DNA of 63,336 bases, counting the filler, from Octopus bimaculoides (lineage: Eukaryota), in the NCBI RefSeq assembly GCF_001194135.2. It is 10 parts of 10 records of this genome, joined end to end, with 100 filler letters (N's around TTAATTAATTAA, not from the genome) between each part and the next. Parts side by side here need not be neighbours in the genome. Positions count along the whole stretch, not along the records: positions 35,269 to 46,209 come from NC_068996.1; positions 46,310 to 53,405 come from NC_068981.1; 8 more parts are not named here. One strand, given 5' to 3'. Numbering within the stretch: position 1 is the first letter of the stretch; the number at the start of each line of letters is the position of its first letter. Positions 39,885 to 53,405 of the stretch are shown here, piece after piece. A program made the translations under genes and the position numbers. A model generated the notes under the pieces. The model did no database searches and had not been told where the DNA came from. It was given only the letters and a program-made list of their open reading frames with translations.

Positions 39885-40665
39885 ATTCTGCAAAGAAAGA
39901 GGCTTGGAGATGCCATTATGAAAGACTGCTGAAGAACGTGGAGAATGAGTGGGAGGAGGAGAGCCTGCCAAATGTTGACCCAATTGAGGGACCATCTACC
40001 TGAATAGACGGTACCCTGGTAGATAAAATAATTAGGGATATGAAGACAGGGAAAGCCCCTAGCCCATCAAAGATCACCACTGAGATGCTTAAAATATTTG
40101 ATGGTGTGGGTTTGGGTTTAGTCACCTGTATTGTAAATCAGGTGGTTCATGAAGGAGTCATACCCAATGACTGGTGTAGCAACACCATAGTCAACTGCTG
40201 CAAAGGTAAAGTTGATGTCTTAAATAGAAATAACTACAGGAGTATCAAATTGCTGGATCAGGTGATGAAAGTTACAGAAAGGATCATAGCCCAACTAATT
40301 AGGGAGAGAGTTAGCCTAGATGAGGTGCACTTTGGTTTTGTGCCAGAGAGAAGCACCATTGATGCTATATTTCTGGTAAGGCAACTGCAGGAGAAATACC
40401 TAACCAAAGATAAACCTTTGTACTTGACTTTTGTTGACATGGAGAAATCCTTTGACAGGGTCCCCTGATCCCTTTTCTGGTGGTCAATGTGGAAACTAGG
40501 GATAGATGAGTGGCTGGTGAAAGCTGTACAAGCCTTGTACAGGGACACTACCAGTAAGCTGAGAGTGGGCAACGCATACAGCAGAGAATTCAGGGTACAA
40601 GTAGGGGTTCACCAAGGGTCAGTGCTCAGCCCCCTCTTGTTCATCATAGTCCTCCAGGCAATAAC
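39885..40665 (+). mobile_element. RTE-clade LINE reverse transcriptase fragment
   Basis: MKTGKAPSPS..NYRSIKLL..FGFVPERSTIDAIF..FVDMEKSFDRVP..GVHQGSVLSPLLFIIV, with stops and frameshifts. Confidence 0.92.
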
Positions 40666-42551
40666 AGTAAACATATCAGTAAAGTCATGGAATGAATCAT
40701 CAGAAAGAAACTGATAATGTTCCTAGAAGAAAATGGCTTATGGAATTGTAGTGGTGCGAAATTATAGCCACCATTGAGGAAGTACTATTCTGCGCATGCG
40801 CAGGGGGCTTCACTACCGGAAGCCCCTCGAGTTGCGCATGCGTAGTAAAACTCGTACTTAAACAGTGGTTTCACTTTGTTAGGCGAGTTGAGCCTGAGAC
40901 CTTCGACGTGACAACACCTTGCTCCTCCACAAAGCACTTTTACACTATCCTCTGGCAGGCATCAAGGAAGCCCTTAACCTTCCATTTAACAAACTACAAT
41001 TCAATCAGCGGCTGCTAAGCTGAATGACAGGAATTGTGAAACCAAGTATAATCATTAATAAACCTTTTTATTATTGTGTTAATTGTTCTAATGTCTCTTC
41101 ATTCATAATGCTGTTGAAAGATGACAGAGAGAGACTAAAGTCTCTATGACCAACTATATCATACGTATATTACAGAATAATACACAGCATGGCTTCTGTC
41201 CAGGAAGAAGCTGCCACATACAGCTCTTACAGCACTATGACTGGGTTGCTTCACCATTCGGATGTCAATGTGATATCTTGACTTCATAAAGGCTTTTGAT
41301 AAGGTAGATCATGGTATATGTCACAAGCTGTGAGATCTTGGCATAGCTGGTTAACTGGGAAAGTGGTTGCATGACTTCCTTAAAGAGAGAAGTCAGGCAG
41401 TTGCAGCCAATGGTGCCCTCTCTGAGGAAACTCAAATTCTAAGTGGCATCCCCTAGGGAACTGTCTCGAGGCCATTACTGTTTATAATAGCTCTCTTAGA
41501 CATGCCCATGGTTACTCAGACAGCCACTGTCACTAGCTATGCTGATAATACAAAATTATCATAGGCAATAAAGAATCCAAATGATGTCACTAGCTTACTG
41601 TGAGACCTGAATGAAATATGCAATCAGGCTGGAGAAAACAACATGCAGTTTAATGCTGGAAAATTTCAAGCACTTCACTATCAGCTCACAAATGCACCAC
41701 AGCTTGCATATCCAGGACCCAAAGGCACTGCAATCCCAGAGTCACAGGCAGTGAGAGACTTGGGGATCATATGTACATTATCAAGATGGCAGCAAAGTGA
41801 AGACGTCTGGCAGGATGGATACTAAGGTTCTTCAAAACAAGAGACCAAAAAGTTATGTTGACCCTGTGGAGGACCTTTATTCTCAACTGTCTGCACTACT
41901 GCTCTCAGCTATGGCTATCATGTAATACCAAACTAACAGTGGAGCTTGAAGTGGTCCAACATCACTACACTAAAAAGACAAACTGCGCAGCAAATGAGCT
42001 ACAGGGAAAGGCTGAAGAAACTGTGACTTTACTCCCTGGAATGAAGATGTGAGAGATATGTAATAATCTACATATGGAAAACTCTAGAAGGGCTAGTACC
42101 TAATTTTGGCATTGTGTGTTATACAAATGCCCAAACTGGACACTGTTGTATTGTATCAAAGGTACCATCCACTCCATCTAAATTCAGGACCAGGTACTGC
42201 AATATCTTAGGGTTCAAAGGCTCAGTTCTTCAATGCCCTGCCACAAAAATGAAGAAACATACACAATGTGGATGTAAATGTCTTCAAAAAGGAAATTGAC
42301 AATCTCCACTCCAAAATACTGGATGAACCAACAACCTGACATGAGGTACAGATAAGGTCAGTGGTATTGAACCCCCTCGTACATCAAATGGGCCAACACT
42401 CTGGGAAAAGCACATGCACGAGTAGTGATGTGAAACCCCACTGCTTTGAAGAAATCAGCCAAAGAAGCATTGTACATAAAAGTGCAAAATCATAATGGTG
42501 CTCCAGCATGACTGAAGCTGCATGGCTGAAACAAATAAAAGAATAAAGAAC
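40666..42551 (+). mobile_element. CR1-clade LINE RT and 3' UTR, 5'-truncated, interrupted by a solo LTR
   Basis: HISKVME.IIRKKL..ENGLWN|NTQHGFCPGRSC..DF.KAFDKVDH..SYADNTK..NNMQFNAGKF..YCSQLW, degenerate. Confidence 0.88.
40747..41174 (+). mobile_element. Solo LTR (428 bp), TGTA..TACA termini, 4-bp TSD GAAT
   Basis: GAAT at 40743-40746 and 41175-41178. Removing it restores CR1 NGLWNNTQHGF. AATAAA at 41057. Confidence 0.85.
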
Positions 42552-43574
42552 ATCATCATCATCGTTTAACGTCCACTTTCCATACTGGCATGGGTTGGAT
42601 GGTTTGACTGACGGCTGGCAAGCCAGAAGGCTGCACCAGGCTCCAATCTGATCTAGCAAAGTTTCTACAGCTGGATGCCATTCCTAACGCCAACCACTCC
42701 GAGAGTGTAGTGAGTGCTTTTTACGTTCCACCGGCATGGGAGTCAGTCAGGTGGCACTGGCATCGACTATGCTTGAATGATGCTTTGTACATGCTGCCGG
42801 CACGGGAGCCAATCAGGTGGCATTGGCATTAGCCATGCTCTTATGGTGCTTTTTACATGCCACCAGCATGGGAAGAGCCAGTAGAAAACTTTTGCCTGAG
42901 GTGCCACCAGTGGGATTGAACTCAGAACCATGTGGTTGAGAAGTAAACTTCTTAGCACAGCCACATCATTATCATTTTTGACAATTTACTTTGCATTTTA
43001 CTTTTAATAATTGGATGCGTTCCTTTTACTTTTTTAATACTCACCTCTATTACCTCTATTACCTACCTGATAACGAGATATGATTTTGCTGAATATTTAC
43101 AAAACCTTGATTCTTTGGTTTGAAAATATCTCAAAAACAGCATAAACTGTGACATATAATTTACTATGGAGTACATTATAACAGAGTACAGTATTAAGAG
43201 TACATTAGTAACAAACTTCCGTGTTTGAATAGTGATAAAATAAAATAAGAAATTAAGAATTGCTGATAATGCTTTGTATCTATACTTTGTCAATCGAAAC
43301 ATATTCAAGTCAACATTGCACTTAGTAAAGCAAATTTTTACAAAAGGTATGAAGGAAATGAAGGAAACAAAACACCCCATTGAGTTCAGTCAATAGCGTA
43401 ATTCGAATTATGAAGCAAATCTTAAAAGCTGCTAGACTGTATGTCTTGACTTTTATCTCAAACTATGTTGAATTCTTTGTAAATATTCATCTAAGCCTAA
43501 TATTATTATGATATCAAAAGATAAAAAAAAATAACAGACAAGCATTTATTCTTGACAAGAAAAAATTTGTTAAC

Positions 43575-43965
43575 AAAGATTGTTGTTGTTGGCACTCCGT
43601 CGCTTACGACGTCGAGAGTTCCATTTGAGCCGATCAACGGAACAGCCTGCTTGTGAAATTAACGTGCAAGTGGCTGAGCACTCCCCAGACACGTGTACCC
43701 TTAACGTAGTTCTCGGGGATATTCAGCATGACACAGTGTGACAAGGCTGACCTTTTGAATTACAGGCACAACAGAAACAGGAAGTAAGAGTGAGAGAAAA
43801 TTGTGGTGAAAGAGTACAGCAGGTTCGCCACCATCCCCTGCCGGAGCCTCGTGGAGCTTTAGGTGTTTTCGCCCAATAAACACTCACAACGCCCGGTCTG
43901 GGAATCGAAACCGCGATCCTATGACCGTGAGTCCGCTGCCATAACCACTGGGCCATTGCACCTCC
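43575..43965 (-). mobile_element. tRNA-derived SINE family C, full length, (AAC)n tail
   Basis: Near-identical to 18177-18500. The tail reads ttgttgttgtt on the plus strand. Confidence 0.88.
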
Positions 43966-43974
43966 ACGTTAACA

Positions 43975-44320
43975 AAGATAGAACAAGCACAAAAGTACAT
44001 ACTAAAATTATGGATCTAAAGATCAATAAATGTAAACAACCAAACTGTATAGTATGTGACTATATTTTAGAATGTCCCAAATTTCATTTAAGGAAGGACC
44101 TAATTTGAAAACCAAAAATAATTTTTCATGTAGCTCTGAAAATTTAATATATATTTTAATATGCAAAAGCTACCAAGAAGATTATATAGGTCTAAAAGAC
44201 CTGATATTCTGTGGAAGGATGAAATTACACCATCAGCAAATTAGGGAGCCATACTCAAGAAAAATTCCACTGAGTCAGTATACAGAGGAGTCTGATGCAA
44301 TGAAGGTGGTAAGAGGTAAA
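43975..44320 (+). mobile_element. Penelope-like element GIY-YIG endonuclease remnant
   Basis: KCKQPNCIVCDYI (frameshift) NFSCSSENLIYILICKSYQEDYIG..RMKLHHQQIR. CxxxxCxxC followed by IY..YIG spacing. Confidence 0.75.
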
Positions 44321-44469
44321 TAATGTATTGATCGAGGATGCTTGAGTGGAAGAAGACTGACACTAGCCAACTCCAGCGAACAGAGGCCATTATAATAACA
44401 ATAGAAAATCAATGAAAGAGATAGCACCCACTACACTTGGTTGGCATGTTTCTTAGTGATTTAATCCCA

Positions 44470-45260
44470 TTCGGTAAAATGTCTGTGCATGTAACAACAG
44501 TACTATCCCAGATGTGGGAGCTGTACTCCATTGTAATTCTCAGTTAATCTTTTTGTGAAGTGTTCATAATTGTAAGCTGAAATATTTTCTTACCCTTAAG
44601 AGAAGGGCCAGTATTTGGGATTCAGTCCTTGAAACCTAGATGTGTTAAGGATGTGTTTTCACCAGTAGGGATCTTTAGTGATAGTGAAGCCCAACATTTG
44701 GATTAATCATGAGGTTTCTAGTTGAGTGTCATTCATGTTTGATGAGGTGCCATAGTATTTTCTTGATATAAGATTGGCGTAGCCCCACTGGAAGGTGTTC
44801 TGTTGGTCTCTGTTCATACCTTCAATGCAGGTTTGGTGTCTTAAGTTGTGTGTAATGGTGTATAGTTGAGAAAGGTGAGGCAAGAATGAAAGGTTGTATC
44901 ATTTGCATAAGAGTAGGTACTGCCAGATATAGTGGCAAGTGAGTTGGGGGATAAAACCGGAACCTGGAGTTGATTGAAAGTGAAGCAGAGAGAGAGGAAC
45001 TCTGTGAAGTAATAGCATGTTCTGATGGGATGCTACTGATTCAAGAGATAAGAGATGGTTTGAGCCTGTATTCAGGAAGTTTTGGTGGGGAATTTGCATA
45101 CAAGACATGGTTAAAGGCTTTTCAATAACATTGTTTTCATTGAACATCTGTAAAACAAGAGTCCACTGTCGAGTGACATAACAGAGTTGGTCTTCAGTGG
45201 ATCTGGCCCTGTGGAAGCCATGTTGATGACTGCTAGAGTGACAGTCTTGATGTTCTACAC
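44470..45260 (-). mobile_element. Old non-LTR RT remnant (L2/CR1/Jockey supergroup)
   Basis: Reverse frames give HQHGFHRARSTEDQL, IEKAFNHV, YANDTT and MEYSSHIWD. Confidence 0.7.
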
Positions 45261-45609
45261 GCACGCACGCACGCACGTGACCATGATCTTCAGGTGAAAA
45301 TTGTTACAACTTAGTTTAGTGGTGTATGTTGTGAGTGTGATTTCTTGCTTGTGTCTGTTAACTAGTTTTTTTCTTGTCTTTATTTATATTTATTGCTATT
45401 CTTGTTCCTCTTCATTGATTATTTTTGTGGCCTGGTGTTTACTATCCTTAAAGAGACATCTATATTATAATGGAGAAAGCTGCTTGATTAGTTATGTAAC
45501 AGTTACTAAAAGAAAGCAATTATTGAAGGCTTAACCGTCTAGAAATTTTTTTATAAATCCATGTTCCAAGAAATTTCCTGTATTTTCAATTTCTGAAGTT
45601 TATTGAATA

Positions 45610-46135
45610 TTTGAATGGCAGTGAAACATGGGCTGTGACTGCTGAGGACATGCATAAGCTTGAAAGAAATGAAGCTAGTATGCTCTGCTGGTTGTGTAAT
45701 GCCTGTGTACGTACATGACAGAGTGTAAGCGCCCTGAGAGAAAAGTTAAACATAAGAAGCATAGAGTGTGATGTGCAAGAAAGATGACTGTACAGGTATG
45801 GTCATGTGTTGCATACCATTTAAGCATGACTGATGTCAGTGCCGCCTGACTGGCACCTGTTCCGGTGGCATGTAAAAAGGACCATATGAGCGTGGTCAAT
45901 GCACCATTCAAGCATGACTGATGCCAGTGCTGCCTGACTGGCTCCTGCGCAAGTAGCACGCAAAAAGCACCCACTACACTTTCAGAGTGGTTGGCATTAG
46001 GAAGGGCATCCAGCTGTAAAAACCTTGCCAAGTTAGACTGAAGCCTGGTGCAGCCTCCTGGTTTGCCAGTCCTCAGTCAGACTGTCCAACCCATGCCAGC
46101 ATGGAAAGCGGACATTAAACGACGGTGATGATGAT
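45610..46135 (+). mobile_element. RTE LINE 3' end with modular UTR and (GAT)n tail
   Basis: NGSETWAVTAEDMHKLERNEASML..YGHV, then modules and ccagcatggaaagcggacattaaacgacg. Confidence 0.85.
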
Positions 46136-47300
46136 TCACTGTGGAGCAGATTTTAATGTTTAATAAACAATATTATTTGCAACAGTCTGTCACTCTCTCG
46201 CCTCTATTANNNNNNNNNNNNNNNNNNNNNNNNNNNNNNNNNNNNNNNNNNNNTTAATTAATTAANNNNNNNNNNNNNNNNNNNNNNNNNNNNNNNNNNN
46301 NNNNNNNNNTGACACACAGAATAAATTCTTAGGGAAAGATAAAAAGAATGATGGAAATATATAGCAGCTGTTTTCCCTATTCTCCGTTTTAGCGTCTAAT
46401 AAATACAGCTTGCCGGAAAACCATATAATGTTATACTGCTTAGTGATGAATTGCATGGAGCAGCCACGAAGAGATTCGCTCCGAGGATGTCGTCTTTACG
46501 AGGATGTGGTTTCGATTCCCGGCTGAGTCTGATTTCCTTTTTTTTTTTATTTTATGAATGAATGAATAAAAGAAAGCGAAGCCGTGCCTTTGACTTTTTC
46601 AGTGTCTTCAAAAATGATGTCTCTGTTGCGGCTGACACCCGGTCTGAACAGTTACAGGTTCGAGTTTATTTAGGAAATGTGGTTGCATAAAAAATCAGGG
46701 TCTTTGGGAGTACTAGCTACGGAGTGACCTCCTCTGAATGTAGCGAAAAGCCTGACGTTTATCCTGGCCACATTTTATGCCCAATGTCCACTTTACTCAT
46801 GATGCTAATGACCTTCAGAAAAGTATGAATGTCACAGAATCCCCTTTTATGAACATGAAGCTGGTGACCAAACGAAGCTTCAATATTTATGTGTGTAAAA
46901 CAATTCATTCATATCAGTTCAGTATGATGTCCTCTCCATGACAACATAAAGAATGATTTAGAGAATTCTGGTTGTGTTGTATTAACAGGAATATATAATT
47001 AACATTGTTCTGCAGCTTGTGTAGAAATAGTAATTCTGAATCAAATTTAAAATATTGATTAAATAACTTAAGATTTCAAAATATATCGACAAAGAAATAC
47101 AAATGGGGAGGATTAGACAGTCTAAATAACCTGATGGAATAAACAAATTTCTGCTGTAGGATTAACAGATAGTTACACACACATACATACATACATACAC
47201 ACATACGTACGTACATAAGCATGTCTACATACATATATAACTGACATCACCAAAATATACATACATACATATTTGTGAATGTATATATACATGTATAGAT

Positions 47301-47398
<98 letters not shown>

Positions 47399-50111
47399 TG
47401 GAAAAGTGAATGTAAAATAATGAGAACAATAGATTTCAGCAGTTTCTTTTAATTTCGGTGAAATATTTTGAAGGATTTTAAAAAATAAATTCTTCCTTTT
47501 ATTTGATGTATTTCTACATGGTTTATTCGTTTAGAAATTTTTACTAATTGATATGAATTTTCATACATATTAAATGAAGTATTGTTGATGTCACTGTTGT
47601 TGTTATCGTTACTGCATTCTTATTAATATCGATCGCCATGATAAAACTGTTTTCATTGTAAATATAAAACGAAGCAAACTTTTAACTGTTCAAGAGCGAT
47701 TTTTTAAATCATATTTTTCGAAAATTTTGAAAGCAACAGAAGAAAGGATTAAGAAAATGTAAAGGAGTTTAGGATTATTGAATGGAAGAAGGTTTTGGTT
47801 TTAAGAAAAGAGTTTAGGATTACATAACAGAAGTGGACGAGAATAAGAGATGTAAGATTATTGGGTAAAATGACTGTGTGATGGGAATTAATATGCGGTT
47901 TAGGATAAAGTTTAGTAAACAAGTAAGGATTAAGATTTGGAGATTAACTATCACACAGTAACATCTATGCTGTATGAGGCTTGTGAGTAAGAAATAACAC
48001 TGAAATGACTAAGAACCACACAGTAGGAGCACATCTGTTTGTAAAACCCATTCTGAGAAAAGTGTTACGAATATGGTATTGGTGAAAATAAGAGTGAAGA
48101 AATGCTTGAATTGGAGAAGAGGATGAAGAATACTTAAGAATACATGGTTATAGGAAACGAACGGCAGTGATTAACAATGACAGACTAAAAAGATATGTGA
48201 TATATACACGTATATAAATACATATGTATGGTTACTGTACCATGAATGTGTGTATCACACACAAATACATCACACCCACTCACAGATACAGCACACAGAT
48301 ACACCCACAGCCAGATACATCACACACATAGATGCATCACACACACACACAGATACATCATACATTTATACACAATAGTACACACATACATACATGCACA
48401 TATGTCTTTATAAATATACAAACACTAAAATATACAAATAGACATTTTTATATATTCATATACACGCAGAGATACACATGCGTGTGCACGCACATTCGTA
48501 ATCAATAGTTCAAGAGTGGGAAAATGAAAAGATCCTCAAAGTAGTATCGAACCATAAACCCCTTGCTAACGAGAACTTCCCTATTTTTCATATTAAATGT
48601 AAATCTGCAGTCGGCAACCTCACAAGTCCTGCAATGAGATTTCTTTATGCAGAGCTATGCTTCCACCATAAATGTCTGACAGAACATGATAAATGGAAGA
48701 ACGAATCGAAAATTATTGAAGCTGATTTTAAGATTGACTCCTTTACTCAGGAATTCTTATGTATGACACAGTCTTCGTTTGAATTCATTAGCTAATAAAA
48801 AGGGTGAAGGCTAAGTCGATGAGTCTGGTAAACAACTTCTGACTGGTAAGTGAAACGAAGAGGAGGCGCAGAGTTCAGAAGGAGAAGCAAGGTTTAAGGC
48901 CTGATAACCACTCTCTGACCGGTAAAAATGTGATCGATACAGGAAGCTATCACTTTGGAATATTTTTGTTGACGTTTGCAGAGGAAGGCATTCCAGAAAA
49001 GGACAGTTCTGAGAGGAAAGAACTGGATGAAATCTTTTGCAGGACTCGAGGGCGGTTGTGACATTAATGTTGAAGAGAATAGGAGAGAAAGAAAGTGGTA
49101 TATGTTACGCTTTGGTGGAAGGCTGTATAATGAGCTAATTCACACTAACGGAGGTCGTTGTTATAGTGAGAACAACGCCAGTTGGTGTTTAGTGGACGGG
49201 ACAATGAAACATTTAGAACGAAGAAGTGTCGGGATTAACAAACATGTTCCATGTTCGGAATGAGTTTGAATTTGCATGTGTAATACGTTTTGTTTTGATC
49301 GCTTGAACACGTTCGAAGAGTTTCGAATTTAATGAATTTGGTGTAAAACGTTGAAAATCTTGTGTTTCATACACACTTTGAATGCGGCTACAAGTGATTT
49401 AATCAACTTCTGTAAGTTGTCAGGTCTTTGGCCGCCATTGGAAAGATGAATACAAAGTTGCTAACCATTGTCAGGTTTGAACTTCGAATCTCCCATTCTG
49501 AATAATGCTTTGTAACACAGATTGAGGGTCACGTAAAAGAAAGCAAATACAAAATGAATGCAAAGAATTCTAGCTTGGGAAGTGGTTTGGCGACTTGTCT
49601 CTAACATTTGACTAGTATTTTAAATAAATGTTTTTTCATCAAATCCAGAAATTTTAATGTCAAAGCCTGTTAATAGTTGGATTAAACGCTTTAAAAATTC
49701 GGTAACTAAATAACACGACCTAATTTTGCCAGTTGCTCTACCAATTGTACCATCCAATATAATATATATGTGTGTGTGTGCGCGTGTGCGTTATATCATA
49801 CATATATATAATATATATCTTCTAGTATATTATTATGTTATATGACATATAAAGTTTCTAAGAAAGAGGAAGGACCAAAGTTGTAACCTCTCCTACACAA
49901 ATCGAGCCTTACGTCTGCTGCAAACTATATATAGCAGTGCTAGCCCAACACCAAGGTGACTTAACAACTTCAACCATCTAAATTAGAAGCTTTAAGCTTC
50001 AATGCTAAGTATCCTCATAACCAGTGCCCTGTCAAGAGGAAAATCTGTCCACACAGCAGATTATCAAAATAGAGTGTTATATATATTCATACATATATAT
50101 ATATGTATGTA

Positions 50112-50206
<95 letters not shown>

Positions 50207-51567
50207 CAGTGTAGAGGTAGACTTGCTGAGGAATGATGGTATATTTAAATAAAAGGTTTACTTTCAGTGAAAGGACCAACGACAGATGTTAGAAATAGCA
50301 GTTAGGTGTCAGTCTATCAAAGGGAGCAGATTAACAAAAGGGAGGGCCATTAAGTAATATGGTCATGAATATACTGCGTCCGTAAGAAAGGGAGGGATGC
50401 TCATGGATGGAGCGCCTTTAAACGTAGGTCTGCTCGACCAGAACTGCCCTGAATCAACATAACGGCATCAAGAATAACAAAAATAACAATCACAACAACA
50501 ATACCACCCGCAGCAACAATAACAACTGCAGTAAATAGCCACCTGTGTATCATATTTAAAATATATACACGCTTGAAAAATACGATACTGGGATTTTTGC
50601 CAGAGAGAAAATCCCTCCGCAAACATATCGGAGCCAATAAAGCCGAAACGCGTCTGGCGTTTCTGTGAGTCACTGCTGGGGTAATGCTCGCCGCGCTCCG
50701 ATATATATATTGTATTTTTAACACAGCATGTCCATGAAAGGTATTTTTTTCTCTGACAAAAACCACAGCATTATACCTTTCTACGATGTATACATTCGTT
50801 AAGTATGGATATATATATATATAGATATCTGCTGTGTTTGTTGTTGCTGTTTAACTGGGGGAGATACGGAAACCAGGAGAGATTTTCGTTGGCATAATAA
50901 ATCTGGAAGTATTTATTGGATTGAATACAAATGCTGTGTTCGTAGGTGGATGTTGTAATAAAATAAGTTGAAATTTATAAAAAAAAAAGGGGGGGGGGTA
51001 AAAGAAAGAATGTTAAGTGAAAGAAATGCTAAAAGTGAGTGGAGCGGGGTTGGAATGTAAGTATGTGTGGGGGTCACGGTGAAGGAAAGACAAACAAGTA
51101 AGACATATTGTGTGATTTATCTCAACTTGATGATGTCGAATGATAGACTTACATAGTAACACAGGAGGGTTTGGGGGAGTGCGGTGGCGACTGGAGGGAG
51201 ATTAAGGTCCCGTTGTCAATAGTTAAATGAATTTGATAAAAGTAAAATGTCTGGAACAAAAGGGACTTTGGTATTATTAGGGGTCGAGAGAAAAGAACAT
51301 AGTAACTTATCTAGAGATCAGAAGCTCCAGCAGCAGTAGTAGTCGTAGTAGTAGTAGTAGTAGTTGGTGGTGGTGGTGGTGGTGGAGAAGTGAACGAATA
51401 GAAGATAAGGAAAAGATGAATACAGAGCGTTAGGAAAAGAATACCACTGAGGTTTGATATAAACACACGCACACCCACACACACCCACACAAACTCACAC
51501 ACACACACATATGCAAATACACAACCATATGCACGCTGACACAGACATACATAAGCATACACATACA

Positions 51568-51605
<38 letters not shown>

Positions 51606-52549
51606 AAAATACTAAATGGGACAAGAACGCAAAACATCCAAACATCCAGTCATCCAGTCATTCGGAGTTTTCTTTCCTCAGTCGAATTCCAGATTATCTT
51701 CGTAATTTCGGGTGGTTATACTCGAGATTGCTCCAATCTGGCCAGCCCCAGGGAAAAACTAAGCTAAGAGCATTAGATTCCTTGGAAGAAAGTAGTGAAT
51801 GTATACGAAAACAAGGACGAACAAAAAACGGAGAGGGTTACACAAATACAAATAAGGAAGCTATACTGGTACACAGACTAGGACCCCAAATTAACAACAG
51901 GCTGGAGGTTGGTAATCAATATATTATTTAGCTACATCTGGATGCGTGTAGGTTCATTTTTTATATGCTCATCTATTGTTTATAACAAAAAACAAAGAGA
52001 AAAGAAAAAAAAGAAGTGGGGGAAAAAAAAAGCTGCACGTATAATACATACAGATGTACCAGCACACACGAGATTGAGACATGGCCAATCTCACGCACTT
52101 CTCATAAAGAATTCTGGAGGAAGCTTCGTGAGACCACTGTTGAGACGCTTACGAAAAAAGAAAAGCTGTTGGAAAACCGATTATAGCAGTGACTCCATCT
52201 AAGAATATCCGAAGAAGGAATTTTATTCTGAAATATCATCAGACTATGGATGACTAAATTACAACAGATATATATAGTCCATTTTTTGTATTATAGTGCA
52301 TTGTTGTACCACTCAAAACTTATTATTCTTTACAAACAATACACAATGCTTCAAGCGAACTACAATACTCTCTTATATATATATACATATAGAAAAAAGA
52401 AAATAGAGGGGAATATGTGGTACTCATCAACTTGCAGACATTGTATTATGTCAATTTACCTGTTTATTTTTCAACTAAGAGGACAATAAAAACAATATAC
52501 AAACACATATGACATATATAGTCATATCAGTAATAAAAATTATGGTAAA

Positions 52550-52968
52550 GATGAATCTCAAGTCAGTTCTCTCGTTGATACGGTGTATACTTTCAGTGTT
52601 GATATAAAAATGGAGTTCAGACTAAAAATGTGTGGTGTGTTAGTCTTGAAGAGAGGCAAAATCAAATGTATGGACGGACTAACGATACCGTCGGGGGAGG
52701 TTATGAAGCAGATAGAAGAGACGGGCTATAGGTACTTGGGGATATTGGAAATGGATAAATTGATGGAGAAAGAAATGACAGAAATATTTAAGGTGGAGTT
52801 CTTGCGCAGACTGAGACTGATCCTTAAGTCGAAATTTAACAAACAGAATAAGATCGAAGCTATCAACACCTGGGCGGTTTGACTCCTTAGATATGGAACA
52901 GGGGTAATAGCATGGACAGTAGATGAACTAAACAGCTTAGACAGAAAGACAAGGAAGTTACTAACTAG
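52550..52968 (+). mobile_element. R4/Dong-clade RT C-terminal (thumb) fragment
   Basis: SLVDTVYTFSVDIKMEF..KRGK..YRYLGILE..RRLRLILKSKFN..AINTWAV*LLRYG..WTVDELNSLDRKTRKLL. Confidence 0.8.
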
Positions 52969-53372
52969 ATATCTAGTTGCTAACTAAATATCTTCCACAA
53001 CTCAATATGAACAGATAACATAATACAGAACACTACTAACCTTCCAATTAATACCACCCATACATCCCATACATCATTCACATTACAGATGTATATCTAC
53101 CCCAACTGCACCAAATCCAGAACTACTTACCTCCCTTAGACATAATCTTTTTACTCGGAGATTAGTAGACCTGACACCGTTCGGTAATCGGTGTCCATTC
53201 AAAGCAGTGATCAGTAATTTTACGAAACCAGTATGCTTTTGAATCTCTTTAACAATTCACAATAATGACTTTTATTACTTTTATTCCTACCTCAGTTCAT
53301 CTAATTGTATATATCTATCGTTTTTTTTATTTCCAATGTGCATTTTCGTTTATATATATATATATATATATA

Positions 53373-53405
<33 letters not shown>

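Noticed and set aside
43063-43380. 105-aa hydrophobic minus-strand ORF
   Set aside because: Composition is what AT-rich noncoding DNA gives, with no motif. It lies antisense within the AASDH intron.
50620-50720. CCAAT and AP-1 (TGAGTCA) motif cluster as a promoter
   Set aside because: Short motifs are expected by chance, and there is no associated exon.
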